A stretch of DNA of 63,861 nucleotides, filler included, from Eubacteriales bacterium (lineage in GTDB: Bacteria > Bacillota > Clostridia > Oscillospirales > CAG-382), in NCBI GenBank assembly GCA_045636665.1. It is 10 parts of 10 records of this genome, joined end to end, with 100 filler letters (N's around TTAATTAATTAA, not from the genome) between each part and the next. Parts side by side here need not be neighbours in the genome. Positions count along the whole stretch, not along the records: positions 55,409 to 60,627 come from JAZTXY010000102.1; positions 60,728 to 63,861 come from JAZTXY010000108.1; 8 more parts are not named here. One strand, 5' to 3'. Below the pieces are notes generated by a model. It saw only the letters and a list, made by a program, of their open reading frames with translations. It did not search any database and had not been told where the DNA came from. Made by a program: the position numbers and the translations under genes. Positions 57,264 through 63,861 of this stretch are shown piece after piece; position 1 is the first letter of the stretch, and each line of letters starts with the position of its first letter.

Positions 57264-57716
57264 ATGCAAGAAAGATTTGAAACGTTTACCGTTCTAATTA
57301 ACAGAATCAGCCGAAATATTCGTAAGATTAAAAACCAAGAAATGGCAGAATACAATTTGAGAAGCGCTCACGTTTCCTGCCTTTATTATCTTTACTCTGC
57401 CAAGGGCGCAACCGCAACAGACCTTTGCGAGCGTTGCGAAGAAGACAAGGCGACAATTTCGCGTGCGCTCGATTATCTTGAAACAAACGGCTTCTTGACC
57501 TGCGAGTCAAAGTGCGCAAAGAGATACAAAAGTCCGCTTGTGCTTACCGACAAGGGAAACGAGGCAGGCAAAAAGATTTCGGACAAGATAAACGGAGTTC
57601 TTGATGCAATCAGCGATGGGCTTACCGAGGAAGAAAGAGTGGCGTTTTACCGCAGTCTTTCCATCATAAGCGATAGCTTGGACACCGTTTCCAAGAATAG
57701 CGAAAACAAGGAGTAA
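57264..57716 (+). CDS. MarR family transcriptional regulator
   Basis: 150 aa, DKATISRALDYLE..G, LTDKG, GLTEEER. Confidence 0.9.
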   Translation: MQERFETFTVLINRISRNIRKIKNQEMAEYNLRSAHVSCLYYLYSAKGATATDLCERCEEDKATISRALDYLETNGFLTCESKCAKRYKSPLVLTDKGNEAGKKISDKINGVLDAISDGLTEEERVAFYRSLSIISDSLDTVSKNSENKE

Positions 57717-57718
57717 TT

Positions 57719-58927
57719 ATGTTTTTTCCAAAAGCAGTATTTTGCCGTGTTTTTCAAGCCGCATTCAGAATGGCTATGCCCTTTCTTCCGTACAGAGAAC
57801 CGAAAATCATTAATTCCTGCGCAGGAATTAAAGAGGTATTAGCCAAAGAAAACGCAACACACGTGCTTGTCGTTACAGATAAAGGCATCGTTAACAACGG
57901 ACTGTTAAATCCCGTTGAGGAGGTCTTGAAAAAGTGCAATATTCCTTATTGCGTTTACGATGACACGCTTCCGAACCCCACCGTTAAAAACGTAGAGGAT
58001 GCATTAAAGGTGTATCACGGCAACAGCTGTAACGCTATTATTGCTATCGGCGGCGGTTCTGCAATGGATTGCGCAAAAGCGGTCGGCGTTCGAGTTGTAT
58101 ATCCGAAAAGAACGGTCAATCAGTTGGGGGGCAAGTTAAAGGCGTGGCGCAAGCTTCCAACGCTGATTGCTATTCCCACCACCGCAGGAACGGGAAGCGA
58201 AACCACTCTTGCGGCGATGATTACCGATTCCGACACACACCGCAAGTATGCAATTATGAGCTTTCCCTTGATTCCCCATTATGCGGTTTTGGATGCATCC
58301 TTGACATATTCGTTGCCGCCGCACTTGACCGCAAGTACGGGAATGGATGCGCTTACTCATGCGGTTGAGGCATATATCGGCCGTTCGACAACACAAGAAA
58401 CAAGAGCGCTTGCATTGGAGGCGACGAAGCTTGTGTTTGAAAACGTTCACGTTGCATACTCCGACGGAAAAAATCATAAGGCAAGAGAAAATATGCTTCA
58501 CGCGGCATATAAGGCAGGCATAGCTTTTTCAAAATCGTACGTTGGATATATCCACGCGCTTGCTCATTCGCTCGGCGGCCTTTACGGCACTCCCCACGGT
58601 CTTGCCAATACGGTTATTATGCCGTATGTGCTCGAGGCTTACGGCGAAAGCGTGTATAAAAAGCTTTACGAGCTCGGAGTTGCTTCGGGCGCTTGTAACG
58701 AAACCGATTCGCACAGAATCGGCGCCGAGAAATTTATAAGCGCGATAAAGAAGCTCAACGCGGAGATGGGCATCCCCGAAAAATTAAAGGGAATAAAAAA
58801 AGAAGATATTCCGCATTTGTCAAAGCACGCCGAAAAGGAAGCAAATCCGCTTTATCCTGTGCCGAAGCTTATGACACGAAAGGAACTCGAAAACTTCTAT
58901 TACAAATTCGCAGATTGGAGCAACTAA
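57719..58927 (+). CDS. Iron-containing alcohol dehydrogenase
   Basis: GGGSAMDCAK, PTTAGTGSE, DALTHAVE, HALAH, HGLAN. Confidence 0.93.
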   Translation: MFFPKAVFCRVFQAAFRMAMPFLPYREPKIINSCAGIKEVLAKENATHVLVVTDKGIVNNGLLNPVEEVLKKCNIPYCVYDDTLPNPTVKNVEDALKVYHGNSCNAIIAIGGGSAMDCAKAVGVRVVYPKRTVNQLGGKLKAWRKLPTLIAIPTTAGTGSETTLAAMITDSDTHRKYAIMSFPLIPHYAVLDASLTYSLPPHLTASTGMDALTHAVEAYIGRSTTQETRALALEATKLVFENVHVAYSDGKNHKARENMLHAAYKAGIAFSKSYVGYIHALAHSLGGLYGTPHGLANTVIMPYVLEAYGESVYKKLYELGVASGACNETDSHRIGAEKFISAIKKLNAEMGIPEKLKGIKKEDIPHLSKHAEKEANPLYPVPKLMTRKELENFYYKFADWSN

Positions 58928-58928
58928 A

Positions 58929-60311
58929 ATGACAAGCGAACAGATTTCTAACCTGCTTGAGGCTCAGCGAGCATATTATAAAAGCGGCGCAACCGTTTCG
59001 GTTAAGTTTCGTATCGAACAGCTTAAAAAGCTTTACGCAACCGTCAAGAAATACGAATCCGAGGTTAACGACGCGTTAAAATCCGACCTCGGCAAAAGCC
59101 ATTACGAGGCTTTTATGTGCGAAAGCGGTCTTGTGCTTTCCGAAATTTCTTATATGATACGGCATACAAAGCGATTTGCAAAAAGGAAAACCGTTGCCAC
59201 TCCGATAACCAACTTTGCATCACACAGCTTTAAGCAACCGATTCCTTACGGTAACACGCTCATTATGAGTCCGTGGAATTATCCTTTTCTCTTAACGCTC
59301 GACCCTTTGGCAGACGCCATTGCCGCAGGTAATACCGCTATTGTAAAACCGAGCGCATATTCTCCCGCGACAAGTAAAATAATAGAAAAAATCATAACCG
59401 AATGCTTTGCTCCAGAATACGTTGCGGTTGTAACTGGCGGCAGAGCCGAAAATTCCGCACTGTTAGAGCAGAAATTTGATTTTATATTCTTTACCGGAAG
59501 CCAAGCCGTTGGCAAAGAGGTGCTTCGCCACGCGGCGGTGCATTTAACCCCGACCGTTTTGGAGCTTGGCGGCAAAAGCCCTTGTATTGTCGATAAAAGC
59601 GCAAATATCAAGCTCGCGGCGAAGCGTATCGTGTTCGGCAAATATCTTAACTGCGGACAGACCTGCGTTGCTCCCGACTATATTCTCTGCGATAAAAGCA
59701 TCAAGGATCAGTTTGTCGCCGAGGTTGTAAGGCAGATTAAAAAGCAGTATGGCGAAAATCCGCTTGAAAACAAAGATTACGGGAAAATTATCAACGAGAA
59801 GCATTTCAACCGTATTTGTTCCTTGATTGATAAAAACAAGGTTGTCATCGGCGGCGAGGTCAATGCCGATACCTGCCAAATCGCGCCGACCGTTATGGAT
59901 AACGTAACCGAAGGCGATGCGGTTATGGGCGAAGAAATCTTCCGCCCCATTATGCCGATTCTTACCTTTGATGATTTCGATTCGCTTGTTGATGAGCTCA
60001 AAGGAAAGGATAAGCCCTTGGCTTTGTATATTTTTTCAAGCGACAAGAAGCATATTAAGCGCGTCACAACCGAGCTTTCTTACGGCGGCGGCTGTATTAA
60101 CGACGTGGTTGTACATCTTGCAACAAGCGAAATGGGCTTTGGCGGCGTTGGTGAAAGCGGTATGGGCTCGTATCACGGTAAAGACGGTTTTGCCGCATTT
60201 TCGCATTATAAATCGGTTATGGACAAGAAAACGTGGCTGGATTTGCCGATGCGTTATCAATCGTACAAGAGCAAGCTTTATGAAAAGCTTTTACACATAT
60301 TCTTGAGGTAA
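58929..60311 (+). CDS. Aldehyde dehydrogenase (ALDH3/YwdH-like)
   Basis: PWNYP, FTGS, LELGGKSP, GQTCVAPDY, KPLALY, GFGGVGESGMGSYHG; EEIFRP instead of the usual EEIFGP. Confidence 0.92.
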   Translation: MTSEQISNLLEAQRAYYKSGATVSVKFRIEQLKKLYATVKKYESEVNDALKSDLGKSHYEAFMCESGLVLSEISYMIRHTKRFAKRKTVATPITNFASHSFKQPIPYGNTLIMSPWNYPFLLTLDPLADAIAAGNTAIVKPSAYSPATSKIIEKIITECFAPEYVAVVTGGRAENSALLEQKFDFIFFTGSQAVGKEVLRHAAVHLTPTVLELGGKSPCIVDKSANIKLAAKRIVFGKYLNCGQTCVAPDYILCDKSIKDQFVAEVVRQIKKQYGENPLENKDYGKIINEKHFNRICSLIDKNKVVIGGEVNADTCQIAPTVMDNVTEGDAVMGEEIFRPIMPILTFDDFDSLVDELKGKDKPLALYIFSSDKKHIKRVTTELSYGGGCINDVVVHLATSEMGFGGVGESGMGSYHGKDGFAAFSHYKSVMDKKTWLDLPMRYQSYKSKLYEKLLHIFLR

Positions 60312-60316
60312 ACAAT

Positions 60317-60627
60317 ATGAAAAATAAAATTATGCTTGCGGTAAACACCGTAATTATTTCTTCAATCCTCATACTGAATTATTTTTATCAAAGCAACGGC
60401 TTTGATTTCACGTTAAAGTGTATTTGCAGCGGCAGCTTTGCTCTGCTCGGTATCATAAACCTTTGTTATGCTGTAGCTTCCAAGCAAAGCAACAAGAGAT
60501 TTTACGTCGGGATGGCTTTCGGATTGGTCTTGGCGTTCCTTGGCGACGTTTTGATCGGTTACGATTTTATCATCGGCGCGGCAACCTTTGCGCTCGGTCA
60601 CGTTTGCTTTGTTATCGCCTATTGCTT
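60317..60627 (+). CDS. YhhN/lysoplasmalogenase-like membrane protein, 3'-truncated
   Basis: K in second TM, GLVLAFLGDVLI..FIIGAATFALGHVCFVIAY (GD...F..G...F..GH pattern). Confidence 0.72.
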
Positions 60628-60727
60628 NNNNNNNNNNNNNNNNNNNNNNNNNNNNNNNNNNNNNNNNNNNNTTAATTAATTAANNNNNNNNNNNNNNNNN
60701 NNNNNNNNNNNNNNNNNNNNNNNNNNN

Positions 60728-60982
60728 GATATACTCAAGGGCGTGCTTGAATATCTTGCTTCAACGGGCGAGGATTACCGCGTGCTTCTTCTCCCCGACC
60801 ATCCCACTCCCATAAGCGAGCGCACCCACACACGCGCACCCGTTCCTTTTGTAATCTATGATTCAAGCGATATTAAGGATAACGGAACGCTTGTATATTG
60901 CGAAAAAACAGCCAAGGCAAGCAATTTTATGCTTGACAAGGGCGAAAAATTGATTGAGCTTCTCATCGGAGGAATAAAATGA
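60728..60982 (+). CDS. apgM: Cofactor-independent phosphoglycerate mutase (ApgM-type), C-terminal fragment
   Basis: LLLPDHPTP...RTHT..PVPF. Confidence 0.8.
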   Translation, partial: DILKGVLEYLASTGEDYRVLLLPDHPTPISERTHTRAPVPFVIYDSSDIKDNGTLVYCEKTAKASNFMLDKGEKLIELLIGGIK

Positions 60983-61539
60983 GCGAACAACCCAAATATA
61001 AATTAAGAACTCTCGAATCGGAAGGGTACGTCACCCCGCGTGATTATTCGACCTACCTTAAATTCAACCTCTTAAAGGGAAGATATTACCGCATCAAGGT
61101 CATTGCGGTGCTGTTTTCCATTCTCGTGGTATGCGTGTGGCTCTTGCTTGCAGGCCTTGCGAACAACGACAGTAATCTTTGGATTGCCGCAGGCGCCGTT
61201 GCACTCTGCGCGTTTATGTTCCTTTATACAATCAGCGTAAACGTAAAAAGAATCTGCAACAAAAGCGCAAAGGTCATCCGCGCAAAGCAACGCACTCAGT
61301 TCGGTAAAAACGGCTTTGTTTTCGAGCTTTTGTTCCAAAACGAGGAAGAAAACGAATATAACGAAATATTCTATGACGAAATCGAAAAGATTTATCTCGC
61401 GCCCAAGGCGATGTATATCTATATAGAAAAACGCTCGGTGATCGTAATCCCCAAGCGTAATCTTAAGGTCGCACCTATCGAAGCGCGTGCCTTTCTTGCT
61501 AAATTCGTGCCTGCTCACAAGCTTATCGTTTGCGTCTGA
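60979..61539 (+). CDS. YcxB-like membrane protein
   Basis: Two TM helices then YDEIEKI...YIYI....IVIPKR. Confidence 0.7.
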   Translation: MSEQPKYKLRTLESEGYVTPRDYSTYLKFNLLKGRYYRIKVIAVLFSILVVCVWLLLAGLANNDSNLWIAAGAVALCAFMFLYTISVNVKRICNKSAKVIRAKQRTQFGKNGFVFELLFQNEEENEYNEIFYDEIEKIYLAPKAMYIYIEKRSVIVIPKRNLKVAPIEARAFLAKFVPAHKLIVCV

Positions 61540-62186
61540 CAAAATTCAATCAAGCGGTCGATTTCGGCGGTATCCTCACCGCGCGCAACCACACCCAAAC
61601 GACGTTTTTTCGCCGCTATGAGTATCTTTTCGCAGTAAAGCGAAAACTCGCGAGAGGGTAAACGCTCTTTGCCCAAAAACAAATCGATATAAGAATATTC
61701 GGTTCTTTCACCGCCGAATTTTATCTTCATTACGGTGTAGCTTTTGCCTGCCTCGTGAACGAAAAGCTCCTTTTCAATCAAAAAACCGTTGTCCCAAAGG
61801 TATTTCCGAAGGTCCTCCTGCGCCGACATCGGTTGAACGATAAGCGTCGCGTTGCGGGCTGCCTTGCTGCGGTCGATGATTTTTGCAATAAGCTCGCCGC
61901 CCATACCGCAAATCGCGGCAGAGGTTATCGGCAAATTATCTATCGCATCAAACCCGTCGGAAAGGTAAAAGTTCATTTTCACACCGCTTCTTGCGGCATT
62001 TTCCTTGCCCTTTAAAAGCGGTTGCTCGTTAATGTCCGAAGCGATTGCCGAAAGCGCCAAGCCGTTTTTCAAAACCTCGATCGCCAAAAATGCGTGGTCG
62101 CTTCCTATATCGGCAAAAAGTGTATTGTCATTTACTTCTTTAAGCAATTTCGTGACCGCCAAAAGACGTGAACCGATCAAACTCAT
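61515..62186 (-). CDS. trmK: tRNA (adenine22-N1)-methyltransferase
   Basis: ADIGSDHAFL, ASDINEQPL, SDG, ICGMGGELI, VQPM..LRKYL. Confidence 0.9.
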   Translation of the reverse strand: MSLIGSRLLAVTKLLKEVNDNTLFADIGSDHAFLAIEVLKNGLALSAIASDINEQPLLKGKENAARSGVKMNFYLSDGFDAIDNLPITSAAICGMGGELIAKIIDRSKAARNATLIVQPMSAQEDLRKYLWDNGFLIEKELFVHEAGKSYTVMKIKFGGERTEYSYIDLFLGKERLPSREFSLYCEKILIAAKKRRLGVVARGEDTAEIDRLIEFCQTQTISL

Positions 62187-62249
62187 TATGTAACTCGCTT
62201 TCCAAACGGCACGGCTTGTCAAAAAAAGCCGTCCGTTTTAAGAATTGTG

Positions 62250-62432
62250 TCAGGGAACTATCTTTTCTTCGATGGTCTTAAACGCCTTTTTCGCCTTGCA
62301 GGCTAAGGTTTCACAGCAACAGCAGTGATTAATAAGCATCTTTGCCGTAACAAAACCTGCCAAAGCGCCAAACAACACCATCGTAACACAAGTGCATCCC
62401 TTTTTCGATGCCACCGTTTTCTTGAAATTCAT
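62250..62432 (-). CDS. Small Cys-rich single-TM protein (60 aa)
   Basis: GAGGTG RBS; MNFKKTVASKKGCTCVTMVLFGALAGFVTAKMLINHCCCCETLACKAKKAFKTIEEKIVP. Confidence 0.6.
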   Translation of the reverse strand: MNFKKTVASKKGCTCVTMVLFGALAGFVTAKMLINHCCCCETLACKAKKAFKTIEEKIVP

Positions 62433-62547
62433 ACCGTTTTTCACCTCGATGCTATTATGCATCGAAGTTAACAAAGTTATACTATCACAAAAAAATCGCG
62501 CTTTCAACCTAAATTGGCGAAAATTACAAGATTTTTGGCTAAAACTA

Positions 62548-62576
62548 TTGACAAATGCGATAATCAAATATATAAT
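62548..62576 (+). promoter_or_regulatory. Consensus sigma-A promoter of the DUF177-rpmF operon
   Basis: TTGACA-17nt-TATAAT. Confidence 0.85.
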
Positions 62577-62620
62577 GGACAGTGCGTTTTTACGCGTGTT
62601 TTTCGGAAAGGGGTATAACG

Positions 62621-63106
62621 ATGTTAGATCTTAAAAAACTCGTCGACGGAAGCTTGGATTCTGTTGCCTTTTCCCAAACGGTTGAGGATATAAGCTTCCT
62701 TGACGGAATCGATTGCGGCAAAGCGACCGTAAACGGTGTTGTCACAAACCATTCGGGACTTATTGTTTTGGAGGGTGAAATCGATACCGATTTAACGGTT
62801 TACTGTGCGCGATGCGGTAAGCAATTCGGCTATAACGAACCGATAAAGCTTTATGCAAAAATCACCGATAAGCTTGCAAACGACGATGAAGACGAATTTA
62901 TCATAATGGAAAATTTCTCGATAGACGTCGATGAAATCGTTCGTTCCGCGCTCATCCTTGAATCTCCGACAAGATATTTGTGCAAGGCGGATTGCAAGGG
63001 TCTTTGTCCCAAGTGCGGATGCGACCTTAATCTTCGCGATTGCGGATGTGAATTAAGCAACCGCGATTCGAGATGGGACGTTTTAAAGGATTATTTTAGT
63101 GAATAA
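62621..63106 (+). CDS. DUF177 (YceD/YlbN) protein
   Basis: CARC, LCKADCKGLCPKCG.DLN..C.C, DSRW..L; upstream of rpmF. Confidence 0.92.
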   Translation: MLDLKKLVDGSLDSVAFSQTVEDISFLDGIDCGKATVNGVVTNHSGLIVLEGEIDTDLTVYCARCGKQFGYNEPIKLYAKITDKLANDDEDEFIIMENFSIDVDEIVRSALILESPTRYLCKADCKGLCPKCGCDLNLRDCGCELSNRDSRWDVLKDYFSE

Positions 63107-63143
63107 AAATAAAAATATATAACTATCAAGGAGGATTCCAACG

Positions 63144-63335
63144 ATGGCTGTACCCAAGAGAAAAGTATCCAAGGCAAGAAGAGATAAAAGACGTTCTTCT
63201 GTTTGGAAGCTCGACCTCCCCGGAATGACCAAGTGCCCCAAGTGCGGTGAATACATTCTTTCTCACCGTGTTTGCAAGAGCTGCGGTAGCTACGGCGGAA
63301 AAGTAGTTCTTCAGGTTAAGGATAAAGAAGACTAA
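63144..63335 (+). CDS. rpmF: 50S ribosomal protein L32 (zinc-binding form)
   Basis: [30 protein letters not shown]. Confidence 0.98.
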   Translation: MAVPKRKVSKARRDKRRSSVWKLDLPGMTKCPKCGEYILSHRVCKSCGSYGGKVVLQVKDKED

Positions 63336-63342
63336 GCGAAAT

Positions 63343-63372
63343 AGCGTGTTGCACCTTGCAACACGCTTTTTT
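63343..63372 (+). terminator. rpmF terminator
   Basis: AGCGTGTTGCA-CCT-TGCAACACGCT-TTTTT. Confidence 0.85.
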
Positions 63373-63409
63373 GTAGTAACTCAAAACGTAAAAGTAAGGC
63401 GGTGGCGTA

Positions 63410-63861
63410 ATGGTAAGGATTACCGAGGTCGAAAAGGGCTCGTATTCGCAAAAGGTCGGCATAAAATCGGGCGACGTTTTGTTAAGCGTAAATTCAAATA
63501 TTATCAACGACGTGCTCGATTACCGTTTTTATATAATGGAATCGCTTCTCGTGCTGTCGGTCGAACGGAACGGTCATAATCTTTCGTTCACAATCAAAAA
63601 GGATGAATACGACGATATCGGCCTTGAATTTTCGACCTATCTTATGGACGAAAAAAAGCGTTGCCGCAATAATTGCATCTTCTGCTTTATCGACCAAAAC
63701 CCGTCGGGAATGCGCGAAACCGTTTATTTCAAGGACGATGACGAACGATTGTCATTCCTTCACGGAAATTACGTTACGCTTACAAATTTAAAGGAATCGG
63801 ATATCGAGCGCATTATTAAAATGCGTATCTCGCCGATAAATATTTCGGTGCATACAACAAA
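63410..63861 (+). CDS. DUF512/TIGR03279-type PDZ + radical SAM protein, 3' part outside window
   Basis: Hand translation MVRITEVEKGS...DVLDYRF...CRNNCIFCFIDQNP.GMRETVYFKDDDERLSFLHGNYVTLTN. Confidence 0.9.
   Translation, partial: MVRITEVEKGSYSQKVGIKSGDVLLSVNSNIINDVLDYRFYIMESLLVLSVERNGHNLSFTIKKDEYDDIGLEFSTYLMDEKKRCRNNCIFCFIDQNPSGMRETVYFKDDDERLSFLHGNYVTLTNLKESDIERIIKMRISPINISVHTT

Overview
This window is ten short contigs of a Clostridia-class (Bacillota) draft genome or MAG. They are joined by artificial 100-nt N-linkers containing TTAATTAATTAA (6996-7095, 18053-18152, 24752-24851, 34129-34228, 37300-37399, 41406-41505, 52851-52950, 55309-55408, 60628-60727), so adjacency across linkers means nothing. 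Two contig ends carry untrimmed MGI/BGI adapter. Most content is housekeeping or carbohydrate metabolism: glgA-glgP-GH13, murQ, two Gfo/Idh/MocA + TIM-barrel pairs, nagA-ROK, metG-tatD-radical SAM, tadA, lysS, rpoA-rplQ, trxAB, gap, rhaD, trmK and rpmF. There are also several surface proteins with Ser/Glu-rich linkers. No integrase, transposase, CRISPR array or rRNA is visible. Best candidates for something undescribed: (1) a MarR-operator-controlled operon of acyl-CoA ligase, MarR, Fe-alcohol dehydrogenase, aldehyde dehydrogenase and a YhhN lysoplasmalogenase-like protein, read as a plasmalogen/fatty-aldehyde salvage pathway; (2) two sequence-unrelated but architecturally identical repeat+hairpin ladder arrays flanking an isolated tRNA-Trp-like 3' end; (3) a leader-peptide attenuator upstream of four AT-richer detox-type genes; (4) a dockerin-bearing protein with an L,D-transpeptidase-like His/Cys motif; (5) three tandem divergent 6-TM paralogues. 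All family calls come from motif recognition by eye; no searches were run.
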